64,000 bases of DNA from Alphaproteobacteria bacterium (GCA_963555825.3 CAUVXB020000002.1:1824001-1888000); one strand, 5' to 3'. Counted from the first letter of the stretch, positions 29,133 to 39,931 are shown. Numbers and translations: made by a program. The notes: generated from the letters alone by a model not told the origin.

Positions 29133-30507
29133 GAGCTATTGTCAAAAGTTGTGTATGGGCTGATCATGCGGCGGCGCGATCCTGGCGTTCTCCATCTACG
29201 AATTTGACGCCGCGAATGATCTCGGCGAGATGGTTCGATCCATCGAGTTTTCTCCATTTTCTCTGAGCGCACTGGCATAGTTTGAAGACCATGGCCATCG
29301 CCGTCTTGCGCGACAGGCAGCCCTTGGTCCGGTAGGTGCGCAGACGAACCGTGGCGAACGTGCTCTCGATGGGGTTGGTCGTGCGTACATGCTTCCAGTG
29401 CTCGGCGGGGAAGTCGTAGAACGTCAGCAGGACGTCGCGGTCCTTGGCCAGGCAGGCCGCGGCCTTGTCGTACTTCGGCCCGTAGGCTTCCAGGAAGAAG
29501 TCGAAGGCGCTCTCGGCATCCTTCCTGGTTTCGGCCATCCAGATGTCTTGCAGGCGCCCCTTGGCTTTCTTTTGCAGACCCTTGGGCAGCTTGTTCAAGA
29601 CGTTGCCCGTCTTGTGAACCCAGCAGCGTTGCTCGCGGGCGCCTGGGTAGACTTGGCGGAGCGCCTTCCAGAAGCCGAGCGCGCCGTCGCCGAGCGCCAG
29701 TTGCGGACCCATTTCAAGGCCGCGCCGCTTGAGATCGAGCAGAACTTCGAGCCAGGACTGCTCACTTTCGCGATAGCCGTCGGCGATGGCGATCAGTTCC
29801 TTCTGTCCCTTGTCCGTGGCCCCGACGATCACCAGGATGCACTGCTTCTCTTCCTCCATGCGGGCGCTGAAATAGATGCCGTCCACCCAGAAATAGACGT
29901 AGCGCTTGGCCGTGAGGTCGCGCCGTTGCCAGCGCTCCGCCTCAACCCCCCAGACCTCTTTCAGCCGGGTGATCGTGGAGGCCGAAAGCCCCGGCGCGGA
30001 GCTCCCCAGGAGCGCCGCCAAGGCTTCCCCGAAGTCGCCGGTGGAAATGCCCTTCAGATACAGCCATGGCAAAAGGTCTTCCAGGCTCTTGGCGCGGCGC
30101 AGATAGCGCGGCAGGATCGCCGACGTGAAGCGGATGGCGCCGTCCCCCCGGTCCCGCACACGGGGTTGGCGCACGCTCACCGGGCCGATCCCGGTCTGGA
30201 TGAAGCGTTCCGGCAGATATCCATTGCGGACAACCCGGCGGCGGCCGGCGGCGTCAACAAGCGCCGCATGGCTACCCAAAAACACGGAGACCTCGGCCTC
30301 AACGGCTTGGGCCAACAACTCGCGAGCTCCAGCTTGTAGGACTTCCGTCAACGGATCTTTCTGAAAATCAGATGGGTTTTGAAAAGCAACAACGGTATTC
30401 TCTTTCATGGCGTATCCTTCCTTGGCTTAGCTCAAGTGGTGACATCAACAATCACCAGGATACGCCGCCTTCATTTCAACGCCGTACACAAGATTCGGTT
30501 ATAGCTC
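29133..30507 (-). mobile_element. IS256 family element, 1375 bp
   Basis: Imperfect IRs GAGCTAT...TTGTGTA; 9-bp direct repeat GCCACGCGC at 29124-29132 and 30508-30516. Confidence 0.93.
29164..30408 (-). CDS. IS256 family DDE transposase
   Basis: RNGY, PRVRDR, WVDGI, GDGALGF, QRCWVHK, RTTNPIES. Confidence 0.95.
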   Translation of the reverse strand: MKENTVVAFQNPSDFQKDPLTEVLQAGARELLAQAVEAEVSVFLGSHAALVDAAGRRRVVRNGYLPERFIQTGIGPVSVRQPRVRDRGDGAIRFTSAILPRYLRRAKSLEDLLPWLYLKGISTGDFGEALAALLGSSAPGLSASTITRLKEVWGVEAERWQRRDLTAKRYVYFWVDGIYFSARMEEEKQCILVIVGATDKGQKELIAIADGYRESEQSWLEVLLDLKRRGLEMGPQLALGDGALGFWKALRQVYPGAREQRCWVHKTGNVLNKLPKGLQKKAKGRLQDIWMAETRKDAESAFDFFLEAYGPKYDKAAACLAKDRDVLLTFYDFPAEHWKHVRTTNPIESTFATVRLRTYRTKGCLSRKTAMAMVFKLCQCAQRKWRKLDGSNHLAEIIRGVKFVDGERQDRAAA

Positions 30508-31599
30508 GCCACGCGCGACGCCGCGGTCGTCGCGCGGCTCACCGAGGCCGGCGCGGTACTGATCGCCAAGCTGACGCTCGGCGCGCTCGCGTTTGGCGAC
30601 ACCTGGTTCGGCGGCAAGACGCGCAACCCGTGGAACACCGCCGAGGGCGCCAGCGGCTCGAGCGCCGGCTCGGCGGCGGCGGTCGCCGCCGGACTCGCCG
30701 GCTTCGCCATCGGCACCGAGACGCTCGGCTCGATCGTCGGCCCGTCCGAGCGCTGCGGCACGACCGGCCTGCGCCCGACCTTCGGCCGCGTCTCGCGCGC
30801 CGGCGCCATGGCGCTCTGCTGGTCGCTCGACAAGATCGGGCCGATCTGCCGCTCGGTCGAGGACACGGCACTGGTGCTCGACGCGATCAACGGCCACGAC
30901 GCGGAAGATCCGGGCTCGATCGCCATGCCCTTCGCCTTCGACGCCGGGCGGTCGGCCAAGGGGTTGCGCCTCGGCTATTCGCCGGCCTGGTTCGACGGCG
31001 AGGAGGCGACCGCGCTCGACCGCGTGGCGCTCGACGCGGCGCGCCGCGCCGGCCTCGAGACGGTCGCGCTCGCGCTGCCCGATCTGCCCTACGGCACGCT
31101 CGAGACGATCCTCGACGTCGAGGCCGCCGCCGCCTTCGAGCACCTGACCCTGAGCAACCGCGATGATGAGCTGCGCCTCCAGGGCGAGGCCGCCTGGCCA
31201 AATACCTTTCGCGCCGCGCGTCTGGTCTCGGCGGTCGACTTCGTCCAGGCCGAGCGCCTGCGCCGCGCGGTCATGGCGGTCGCCGGCGGGTTGTTCGCCG
31301 AGGTCGACGCGGTGATCGGCTCGTTCGCCAACGGCTCGATGCTGGTGATCACCAACTTCACCGGCCATCCGTCGCTGACGCTGCGCGCCGGCTTCGTCGA
31401 GCATTGGAGCCGCGGCATGACGCCCAAGAGCGACGATGCCGACATGCGGCCCGACGTCGGCGGGCGAACGCAGCGGGTGCCGCATGGCGTGACGCTCGTC
31501 GGCCGGCTGTTCGACGAGGGTACGCTGTGCACCATCGGCATGGCGCTCGAAGCCGAGTTCGGCGTCGGCGGCGAGCGCCCGCCGACGGGGTAGGCCTTA

Positions 31600-31743
31600 T
31601 GTGCGGTCATCTTTGACTCGTGCAAAGCTGATCTGCGCTCAAACGCCGCGCATGCCAATCTTTTTCCCACAAGGACTGGCCGAACGGTCGGCGGCCCGCA
31701 GTCGCGGGCTGGTACAATCCGATCGAATTCGATCGGATTGTAC
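31600..31743 (+). repeat. Structured intergenic repeat family, copy 3, ending in a 32-bp perfect palindrome
   Basis: Conserved blocks plus GTACAATCCGATCGAATTCGATCGGATTGTAC at 31712-31743. Confidence 0.85.
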
Positions 31744-31835
31744 ACCAGGCTCAATCGATCCTCGGGATAGGCTTGGCCGCTGTGCGCCGCCGCGGCTGGC
31801 GCGAACATCCGCCATAAATTGCAAATGATTTCTAT

Positions 31836-31892
31836 GGGGTCATACTCCTTTAAAATTAAGTAATAACAATATCATAAAAGGAGTCTGACCCC
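31836..31892. repeat. REP doublet (REPIN-like)
   Basis: GGGGTCATACTCC, AT-rich spacer, GGAGTCTGACCCC in inverted orientation. Confidence 0.75.
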
Positions 31893-32018
31893 GCTTATTT
31901 GGAGTCCCGTATTTATGTGTGACCCAATTTATATGGCGTTACGGTTCGTCTTCGGGGGCCCGTTTGACGGGCCTTGTCTGCTATATGTCGATCGACCCCG
32001 CGACAGCCGCCATCTGCG

Positions 32019-32966
32019 TCATTCCAATCCCAGGAGATCGGCCGCGTTGGACGAGATCATCTTGCGGACATCGCTCTCCGAATAGCCGAGGTCGAGGCAG
32101 GTCGCGATGACGTGGCGGAAGCCGGCGACCGGATGCGGGTTGCCGCGCTGGCCAAGGTCGGAGCCGAGGATCGTGCGGTCGACGGTGCCGGCCTCGATCA
32201 GCTCGCCGAGGAAGTCCGGCTCGTAGAACTTGAACTTCGAGCCCGGCACCCACATGCACATCGAATGTTCGAGATAAGCGCCCATCTCCGACAGCGTCCG
32301 GACGTCCGCCAGCGTCGCGTCGAGGAGGAAACTCGGATGGTTGACCAAGAGGCGCTTGACGCCGCGCGCCCTAGCCTCGTCGAACAGCGGCCAGACCTCG
32401 GTGATGTTCAGGTGGCCGGCCGACAGCACGACGTCGAAATGCGCGATGATGTCGAGGATGCCCTTGACCTCGTCCTTGAGCGCGCCGGCGTCGTCGAGCA
32501 CGGTCAGGGGGATCGGCGCCAGCATCTGCTGCATGGTCTGGGGGAACTTCTCGTCGAACTTGGCGTCGTGCTTGTGGTGGGCGATGTGGTTGGCCGCCGA
32601 GAAGGTCGGCATCCAGACCAGCCGCGCGCCGAGCTTGATGCCGTGGTCGACCGCATGCGGGTTGAAACCGCCGAGCGTGTTGTTGAGCGGCACGCCCGAG
32701 AGCATCTGCACGCCGAGCTCGCCGAAGTTTCGATTGAGCAGCTCGGTGATCGGCGACGCCGAATAATAGTGGTCCTTGATCAGCACCGCCTTCATGCCGG
32801 CGTCCGCCGCCTGCTTCATGGCCTCGATGTGGTCGAGGTCGCGGGGCATGACCGAGGGGCCGGAGTGGCAGTGCAGGTCGATGGCGCCGACCAGCAGGCG
32901 ATCGATCACCTCGGGGGCATGGCGCACCTCCGGATCGCTCGCGATGTCTGTGGCTGTGTCTGTCAT
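32019..32966 (-). CDS. Metal-dependent amidohydrolase-fold protein (DUF6282-like)
   Basis: DLHCHSGP, KDH, WMPT, GH, NHP, SDLGQ. Confidence 0.75.
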   Translation of the reverse strand: MTDTATDIASDPEVRHAPEVIDRLLVGAIDLHCHSGPSVMPRDLDHIEAMKQAADAGMKAVLIKDHYYSASPITELLNRNFGELGVQMLSGVPLNNTLGGFNPHAVDHGIKLGARLVWMPTFSAANHIAHHKHDAKFDEKFPQTMQQMLAPIPLTVLDDAGALKDEVKGILDIIAHFDVVLSAGHLNITEVWPLFDEARARGVKRLLVNHPSFLLDATLADVRTLSEMGAYLEHSMCMWVPGSKFKFYEPDFLGELIEAGTVDRTILGSDLGQRGNPHPVAGFRHVIATCLDLGYSESDVRKMISSNAADLLGLE

Positions 32967-33002
32967 CGGCCGACTCCTTTGCTGTCGATCATATCCCGTC
33001 GG

Positions 33003-34058
33003 TCATCGGTTGTCCGTGGGTGGCGCGACCTTGCGCCAGTTGTCGGACTGCTCGGGCAGGTCCTCGAAACGCGCCGTCGCATCGGCCGCCGCGCCGACGA
33101 TGTCGCCGGCCGCGGCCCCGCTGCGCGCGAGATAGGTCTCCAACTCGGCGAGCGCCGTTGTCAGCGCGCCGTAGCCGTTGGTCATCACGGCGCTCGACAT
33201 CTGGGCCGCGCGACCACCGGCGAGCAGGACGCGCGCGACGTCTTCACCGCCGCGTACGCCGTTCATGCCGATCAGCGGGTATTCGGCGCCGAGCGCGGCG
33301 CGCGCCCGCGACAGCCAATAACACGTCAGCGGCAGGTTCCAGTAGCCGCCGAAACCGAGGTTGGTGCCGAGCACCGGACGGCGGGTCTCGAGATCGGGCA
33401 GCATGCCGAGGAACCGGCCGACCAGCGAGACCGCGTCGGCGCCGCCATCGCGCGCCGCGGCGACCAGCGCGTCGACGCGCTCGCTCTGGCCCGACACCTT
33501 GACCCACAGCGGCAGGGCGACCACCGCGCGAATTGCCGCGACGTAGCGCCGCAGCTTGTCGGGCGCGCGCTCGGTGGCGACCGCGCCGGCCGCTTCGTCG
33601 CCATAGGGCGTGCCGACGTTGAACTCGAGGATGCGAACGCCCGCCGCCTCGATGCGCCGCGCCATATCGACCGCCGCATCGAGATCGCCAAGCACCAGGC
33701 TCGCTGCGACATAGGCATCGTGCGACCGGGCCTCTTCGTCGAGCGTCGCGACCATGTCGAGCCAGTCGTCGAAGGCGAGCTGCGAGAGGCCCGAGCGGCA
33801 CGCCAGGCTGGCCTCGGCGGGGGCGTCGAAATCGAGCGGCAAGGGTCGCCAGCGGCTGTCGAAAAGGGCGTAGTCGGCGCGCTTCAACTGCGCGCGCGCG
33901 GCCTCGGATTCATTGGTCGACTTGACGACCACCGCGGCGGCGCCGGCCTCGAGAGCGGCGCGTATTCCGGCGGCCGAAACGACATGCTCGCCGGCGCCGC
34001 AAATCACCGGGTTCTTCAACGAGACCCGTCCCAACCGAGCGGTCAGATCAACCGTCAT
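33003..34058 (-). CDS. Dihydroorotate/dihydropyrimidine dehydrogenase-like FMN protein
   Basis: LKNPV, VVKS, EFNVGTP, PLWVK, IG.NGV..GED. Confidence 0.7.
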   Translation of the reverse strand: MTVDLTARLGRVSLKNPVICGAGEHVVSAAGIRAALEAGAAAVVVKSTNESEAARAQLKRADYALFDSRWRPLPLDFDAPAEASLACRSGLSQLAFDDWLDMVATLDEEARSHDAYVAASLVLGDLDAAVDMARRIEAAGVRILEFNVGTPYGDEAAGAVATERAPDKLRRYVAAIRAVVALPLWVKVSGQSERVDALVAAARDGGADAVSLVGRFLGMLPDLETRRPVLGTNLGFGGYWNLPLTCYWLSRARAALGAEYPLIGMNGVRGGEDVARVLLAGGRAAQMSSAVMTNGYGALTTALAELETYLARSGAAAGDIVGAAADATARFEDLPEQSDNWRKVAPPTDNR

Positions 34059-34118
34059 GGCGAACCACCAAATCCCTGCGCGAACCGACGATCAAGGCCC
34101 CGACACTAAATCATTTTC

Positions 34119-34190
34119 CGGTCATCTTTACGCGCGTCAAAGCCGACCGGCGCTCAATCGCCGCGCAGGCTGGCATAGTTCGACCGATTG
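34119..34190 (+). repeat. Structured repeat family, copy 4 (internally deleted)
   Basis: CGGTCATCTTTACGCGCGTCAAAGCCGACC-GGCGCTCAATCGCCGCGC joined almost directly to CTGG. Confidence 0.75.
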
Positions 34191-34208
34191 CCAGCGATCG
34201 AATGACGC

Positions 34209-35360
34209 CTAGGACGCGAGCATCTTGCCGGCGTACCAATGGGCGAAGGTCGCGACGGAAGGCTCGAGCTCGGCGAAGCGGCCCGGCAACGCGTAGGCCG
34301 AGGTCAGGCCGGCCTGCTGGCGCTCGAGCATCGCGATGTCCTCGGCGAGCGCGGTATCGAAGCGGTCATAGTAGTGCGCCGCGCGGTCCTCGAAGTCGGC
34401 GCGCGCCACGGTCTCGGCCGGGAAGCACACGGTCAACGCCGCCCGCGTGCGGTCGGGCGCGACGGGATGGGCCTCGTAGACCCAGATCGCCTCCGAGCCC
34501 GCCGCGAAGGTCATGGTCGGGAACATCCAGCTGTAGCGCGTGCCCTGGCGGTTGCGGCCCTCGAGGCCGGCGATCGGCGGTAGCGCGTGGTCCTGGGCGT
34601 CGCGGGTCAGACCGCCGGTGCCCTGGGTCGCGCCGAACTGGGTGGCGTAATTTTCGGCCACCGCGTCGGGCGCATCGGGTTCCTGGTAAATGTCGCCGAA
34701 CGAGTCCGCGTGGACATAGGGCAGGTGGTAGTACTCGTTGAACACCTTGAGCACCATCTTCCAGTTGCACGCGATGTCGAACTCGCGGCGCCGCGTCGCG
34801 ACCAGGCCATCGAGCCCCCAGGGCGCGTGCCGGTCCGAGAAGTCGCCGAGCCAGTCGTCGAGGTCGGCGGTCGCCGGGTCGAGACAGACGAAGGCGAAGC
34901 CGTCGACGACCGCGGCGCGGAAGGCGACCAGCCCGTAATCGGCCATCTCGAAGCCCACCGCGCGGTCCATGCGCGGCGCGCCGATCAGGCGGCCGTCGAG
35001 TGCGTAGGTCCAGCTGTGGAAGGGGCACTGGATGCGCCGGCAATTGCCCGCGCCGACCAGCAGCTGGGTGCCGCGGTGCCGGCAGCTGTTGGCGAACGCC
35101 CTCAAGCCACCATGCTTGTCGCGAACCACGATGATCGGCACGCCGCCGACGTTGAGCGCGACATAGTCGCCCGTCGCCTGCCAGCGGTCGGCCCGGCCGA
35201 TACCGACCCAGCATGTCCAGAAGATGCGCTCGTGCTCACGCGCCAATACGGCAGCGTCGGTGTAGCACGCCGGCGGCAGCGTTTCCGATGTCTCGAGCGA
35301 GGGCGTCACCCGGGCGAGTTGCGCGCCGATGCGGTTCCAGTCGCTGTCGGGCGGCAGCAT
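34209..35360 (-). CDS. Rieske non-heme iron oxygenase alpha subunit (choline monooxygenase-like)
   Basis: CRHRG...CPFHSW Rieske motif; NWK...EYYHLPYVH; ED. Confidence 0.9.
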   Translation of the reverse strand: MLPPDSDWNRIGAQLARVTPSLETSETLPPACYTDAAVLAREHERIFWTCWVGIGRADRWQATGDYVALNVGGVPIIVVRDKHGGLRAFANSCRHRGTQLLVGAGNCRRIQCPFHSWTYALDGRLIGAPRMDRAVGFEMADYGLVAFRAAVVDGFAFVCLDPATADLDDWLGDFSDRHAPWGLDGLVATRRREFDIACNWKMVLKVFNEYYHLPYVHADSFGDIYQEPDAPDAVAENYATQFGATQGTGGLTRDAQDHALPPIAGLEGRNRQGTRYSWMFPTMTFAAGSEAIWVYEAHPVAPDRTRAALTVCFPAETVARADFEDRAAHYYDRFDTALAEDIAMLERQQAGLTSAYALPGRFAELEPSVATFAHWYAGKMLAS

Positions 35361-35369
35361 CGTGTCACC

Positions 35370-35663
35370 TCATGCCAAGAGATCGAGCCGTTGGATGGTC
35401 CGCTCGACCACCATGTCGTCGGTCGCGCCGCGGAACGTCTTGTAATGCGGCGTCTCGCGGTGGCTTTCGAGCGCCGCGGCGTCGCTATAGACCTCGAAGA
35501 AGTGGAACGTGTCGGCATCGCTCTCGGCGGTCATCACGCGGAACTCGTGGCAGTCGGGCTCGTCGCCGAGCGCCGTTCGCGCGATCTCCAGCGCGTGGTG
35601 CAGGAATGCCTCGCCGCGGCCGCGCACGAGGTTGACCGTGACGAAGATGGCGAATCTATCCAT
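35370..35663 (-). CDS. ABM-family putative quinol monooxygenase
   Basis: EPDC..F, FEVY.D..AL..H.ETPHY. Confidence 0.8.
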   Translation of the reverse strand: MDRFAIFVTVNLVRGRGEAFLHHALEIARTALGDEPDCHEFRVMTAESDADTFHFFEVYSDAAALESHRETPHYKTFRGATDDMVVERTIQRLDLLA

Positions 35664-35884
35664 GGTGCTCGCTCCCGGTTCGTGCCGCGCAGCTCGATCG
35701 GTCATTGTTAGGCGATCCCGGGCGCCCTGCCCAGTCGAATCGGCGGTTTCCCGTACTGCGCCGGCTGCGCTATACTCGAAACGGTCGACGACTAATCGGA
35801 CATAGATATCATGGTGGGCTTTGCCGGATCGGGGGATTTCCGCGATACCGTGGCGCCCGAACGCCGTGCGCCGGGGCCAGCGCC

Positions 35885-36817
35885 GTGAGTCGCGCCGACA
35901 GCGCCCTGCCCAGGCATGTCCCGGCGACCGTCGCGACCGTCGCGGGGCTGCGCCGCATGGTCACGGCATGGCGCGCCGCCGGCGACACGGTGGCGCTGGT
36001 GCCGACCATGGGCGCGCTTCACGAGGGCCATCTGGCGCTGGTCGACGCGGCGCGGATGCGCGCGCGCCGTGTCGTCGTCAGCATATTCGTCAATCCGACC
36101 CAGTTCGCGCCGAACGAGGATTTCGCGGCCTACCCGCGCGACGATGCCGCCGACCTGGCCAAGCTCGCGGCGCGCGACGTCGACGTGGTGTTCATGCCGG
36201 ACGGCGCGGAAATGTTTGCCGACGGCTCGGCGACGACGGTGACCGTCGATGGCGTCTCGGCCGGCCTGTGCGGCGCCGTGCGGCCCCATTTCTTCGCCGG
36301 CGTCGCGACCGTCGTCACCAAGCTGCTGTTGCAGTGCCTGCCCGACGTCGCACTGTTCGGCGAGAAGGACTACCAGCAGCTCGTCGTCGTCCGGCGCCTC
36401 GTGCGCGACCTCGACATTCCGGTCGAGATCGCCGCCGTTCCGACCGTGCGCGAGGCCGACGGGCTCGCCATGTCGTCGCGCAACGCCTATCTCACGCCCG
36501 CCGAGCGCGCCATCGCCGGCGCCGTCAACCGCGTGCTCGCCGATGTCGCCGCGCGTATCGCGGCGGCCGAAGCAGTCGCCGACGCGCTGCGCTGGGGCGT
36601 CGATTGTCTGATTGCCCGGGGCGTCGGAACGGTCGATTATCTCGAGCTGCGCGACGCCGAAACCCTCGATCCAACCGTCACGACGGCGCGCCCGGCGCGG
36701 CTTCTCGTCGCCGTGCGCATCGGCGAAACGCGGCTGATTGACAACATGCCGGTCGGTGAGGCCCCCGAGAACACCCGATTGGCGACACTGGGCTGCGAGG
36801 AAGAGAGGATACGATGA
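35885..36817 (+). CDS. panC: Pantoate--beta-alanine ligase
   Basis: VPTMGALHEGH, SIFVNPTQF, FGEKDYQQ, GLAMSSRN, RLIDN. Confidence 0.96.
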   Translation: MSRADSALPRHVPATVATVAGLRRMVTAWRAAGDTVALVPTMGALHEGHLALVDAARMRARRVVVSIFVNPTQFAPNEDFAAYPRDDAADLAKLAARDVDVVFMPDGAEMFADGSATTVTVDGVSAGLCGAVRPHFFAGVATVVTKLLLQCLPDVALFGEKDYQQLVVVRRLVRDLDIPVEIAAVPTVREADGLAMSSRNAYLTPAERAIAGAVNRVLADVAARIAAAEAVADALRWGVDCLIARGVGTVDYLELRDAETLDPTVTTARPARLLVAVRIGETRLIDNMPVGEAPENTRLATLGCEEERIR

Positions 36818-37833
36818 AGACGCCGCGATCCCGGAATATAAGCCTCGTCGCATTCGCCGCCGCTATGGCGTTGGCCGCCACGACGGCCGTGGCCCAGGAA
36901 ACCCGCTTCTTCCGCATCGGCACCGGCGGCACGGCGGGCACCTACTATCCGGTCGGCGCGCTGATCGCCAATGCCATCAGCAACCCGCCGGGCTCGCTGC
37001 CTTGCGACCGGGGTGGCAGCTGCGGCGTCGAGGGGCTGGTCACCGTCGTGCATTCGTCGACCGGCTCGGTCGCCAACGTCGAGGGCATCGCGAGCGGCGC
37101 ACTCGAACTCGGCCTATGCCAGTCCGACATCGCCTATTGGGCCTATCACGGCACCGGCATGTTCGCCGACAAGGGCGCCATAACCAATCTCAGGACGATC
37201 GCCAACCTCTATGCCGAAAGCGTTCACGTCGTGGTGCGCCGCGACGCCGGCATCGAGAGCATCGCCGATCTCGCCGGCAAGCGCGTCTCGCTCGGCGAGG
37301 CCGGCTCGGGCACCTTGGTCGACGCCAAGGCGGTGCTCGAAGCCTACGGCCTCGCCGAAGCGGACGTTGAAGCGCAGTACCTGAAACCCGGCGCCGCGAG
37401 TCTCTTGATGTGGGACGGCGAGCTCGACGGCTTCTTCCTGGTCGCCGGCTATCCGGTGACCGCGATCGACCAGCTGGCACGCAACGTCGAGATCGATCTG
37501 CTGCCGATCGACGGCGCCGAGGCCGACACGCTGACCGCTTTTTACCCTTTCTTCGCGACCAATGTGATTCCGGCGGGGGTTTATAACGGCAATCCCGAGG
37601 TGCGCACCATCAGCGTCGGCGCGCAGCTGCTGGTCGCGGCCGAGGTCGACGAGGAGACGGTCTACGGCATCACCCGCGCGCTGTGGCACGAGAACACGCG
37701 CAAGCTGCTCGACGGCGGCCACGCGCGGGGCAAGGACATCCGCCTCGAGACGGCGCGCGCCGGTATCGCCATCCCGCTGCACCCGGGCGCCAAGCGCTAC
37801 TACGCCGAGGTCAACGGCGCGGCCGGCAACTGA
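36814..37833 (+). CDS. TAXI family TRAP solute-binding protein
   Basis: IGTGGTAGTYYPVG, STGSVAN, QSD, PLHPGA.RYY. Confidence 0.92.
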   Translation: MKTPRSRNISLVAFAAAMALAATTAVAQETRFFRIGTGGTAGTYYPVGALIANAISNPPGSLPCDRGGSCGVEGLVTVVHSSTGSVANVEGIASGALELGLCQSDIAYWAYHGTGMFADKGAITNLRTIANLYAESVHVVVRRDAGIESIADLAGKRVSLGEAGSGTLVDAKAVLEAYGLAEADVEAQYLKPGAASLLMWDGELDGFFLVAGYPVTAIDQLARNVEIDLLPIDGAEADTLTAFYPFFATNVIPAGVYNGNPEVRTISVGAQLLVAAEVDEETVYGITRALWHENTRKLLDGGHARGKDIRLETARAGIAIPLHPGAKRYYAEVNGAAGN

Positions 37834-37855
37834 CGGCGGAGGACAAGAGCATAAT

Positions 37856-37996
37856 TCGATCGATTGAAATTGATCGGATTGTGCCAGCGCGCGCCGGCGC
37901 GCCGCCGACCGTTCGGCCAATCCTTATGGGATAAAGATTGGCATGCGCGGTGATTGAGCGCAGGTCAGCTTTACGCGAGTCAAAGATGACCGCACA
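37856..37996 (-). repeat. Structured intergenic repeat family, copy 5
   Basis: GCCGCCGACCGTTCGG...TGAGCGCAGGTC...GACCGCACA. Confidence 0.85.
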
Positions 37997-38005
37997 TAGG
38001 TCTTA

Positions 38006-39180
38006 TACCAGTGAGCGCCTGAATTGACTCTCGGGATATTCATTGATGGCGGATGATGGCGGATTGTGATTCTATGGTCTCCCACCAGATGTGGGGGATG
38101 TCATGGGATCAGCACTCAAGATACGGGATGATTTGACGCCTTTGGAGCTTCGGCGCTGGGCTCGCGTGGAATCGTACGGTCGAGCGGCGGCGCGGGCCTA
38201 TGGGATCGCGAATGCTTTGGAGGAGATGCCCCGGGCTGATGCCGCGCGGCTTGCGGGGATGGATCGCCAAACGCTTCGCGACGCGGTTGTTCGTTACAAT
38301 GCAAAGGGATTGGAGGGGCTTCACGACCGTCCAAAGGGCTACTCGCCGCGGCGGCTGACGGCAGACGAGGAAGCGGCGCTGGCGGCGGTCATCATCGCCG
38401 GGCCGGAGCCTGAGCGCGACGGGGTTTGCGCCTGGACCCGGGCCGATCTGTGCCGCTGGCTGGAGGAGCGCTTCGCCAAGACCTACCACCCCTCGAGCAT
38501 GACCCGGGTTCTACGGCGGATGGGATTTTCCCGCCAGAAGGCGCGCCCGAGCCACCCGCGAAGGGACGCCGAAGCGCAGGAGCGCTTCAAAAAAGGGGGC
38601 TTCGCGACATCCTGAAGGCGACCGCCGCGGCGCATCCCGACAAGCGCCTACAGCTGTGGTTTCAGGATGAAGCGCGCGTCGGCAACAAGGGCCGGGTGTG
38701 TCACCGGTGGTGGCGCAGGGGCGAGCGTGCCCCCGGGACGCGTCAAATCGGCTACCAGTGGGCCTACATCTTCTCCGCCGTGCGCCCGGACACCGGCGAC
38801 GACGTCACCCTGGTGATGCCGAGCGTCAACGCCAAGGTCATGGACCTGTTTCTCGCACACTTCGCCGATACCCTGGACCAGGATGCGCACGCCGTCATGA
38901 TGTGCGACGGCGCCGGTTGGCACGACGAGCGCGCCCTCACCGTCCCCGACAACGTCACCTTGGCGCTGTTGCCGCCTTACAGTCCCGAACTCAACCCCGT
39001 CGAGCGGGTTTGGCTCTACCTACGCGAACGCTTCCTATCGCTCCGCGTCCTCGACGACACCGAGGCCATCATCGACGCCTGTTGCCAAGCATGGATCGAC
39101 CTCATCGCAGAACCGGATCGTATGCGAACCCTCTGCGCCTATCCATGGATCATGAAGGTGATTTCATAGGCTCACTGGTA
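38006..39180 (+). mobile_element. IS630 family element
   Basis: IRs TACCAGTGAGC / GCTCACTGGTA, each flanked by TA. Confidence 0.92.
38103..39169 (+). CDS. IS630 transposase in two ORFs, probably joined by a -1 frameshift
   Basis: HTH ORF plus DDE ORF (WFQDEAR, DGAGWH, YSPELNPVE); AAAAAAGGGGG at 38589-38599. Confidence 0.88.
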
Positions 39181-39183
39181 TAA

Positions 39184-39837
39184 TCAAAGCTCCACGTGCT
39201 CGATGCGTTCGGGCTCGGCGTGGGCCGCCGCCAACCACTCGGCCATCGCGGGTAGCGCGAAGACGGCGTCGACGTAGGCCCCGGACACTTCGTAGAGCGC
39301 CACGTCGTAAGTGACGAAGCGCGAGACGACCGGCGCGTACATCGCGTCGGCGATCGAGAAACGGCCGTATAGCATGTCGCCGCCGTCGCCGAAGCTTTCG
39401 CGGCATTCGCGCCAGATCGCCGTGATACGCGCGATGTCGTCCTCGACGCCCGGCGCGCGTCCCTTGCCGGGCCGCCGCGCACGGCAGTTCATCGGCATCG
39501 CCGAGCGCAGCACCGGAAACTCCGCGTGCATCTCGGCGCTTACCGCGCGGGCATGCGCCCGGGCCGCGGCGTCGTCGGGCCACAGCCCGGCCGTCGGAAA
39601 GCGCTCGGCGGCGTATTCGCAGATCGCCAGCGATTCCCATACCGTGAAGCCGCCGTCGTGCAGCACCGGCACCTTGCCGGCGGGCGACTGCTTGAGGACT
39701 TGGTCGCGCGTCGTGGCGGTTTCGAGCGGGATGCGCAGCTCGTCGAAGGCGGCGCCCGACTGCTTGAGCGCAAGCCAGGCGCGCAGCGACCAGGACGAAT
39801 AGTTCTTGTTGCCGATGACGAGCGTGAGCCGGTTCAT
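39184..39837 (-). CDS. Glutathione S-transferase family protein
   Basis: NKNYSSWSLR, KVPVL, WESLAICEY, SIADAMYAPV. Confidence 0.92.
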   Translation of the reverse strand: MNRLTLVIGNKNYSSWSLRAWLALKQSGAAFDELRIPLETATTRDQVLKQSPAGKVPVLHDGGFTVWESLAICEYAAERFPTAGLWPDDAAARAHARAVSAEMHAEFPVLRSAMPMNCRARRPGKGRAPGVEDDIARITAIWRECRESFGDGGDMLYGRFSIADAMYAPVVSRFVTYDVALYEVSGAYVDAVFALPAMAEWLAAAHAEPERIEHVEL

Positions 39838-39931
39838 CGCTGCCTCCCATTTTCCCCGAACACTCCTGTTTATCACTGCTCCTTAGTATAAGCTCGCGCT
39901 GCATTGTCGCCAACCCAGGGAGACCGCCGCG

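Larger units (their letters stand above)
28557..31593 (+). pseudogene. Amidase-signature enzyme interrupted by IS256
   Basis: GPLHGVPWGAKDL before the IS; GSSAGS and GTETLGSI after it; frame restored when the IS is removed. Confidence 0.9.

Noticed and set aside
38589-38599. Split IS630 transposase as a pseudogene
   Set aside because: An A6G5 slippery site with overlapping ORFs is normal for this family.
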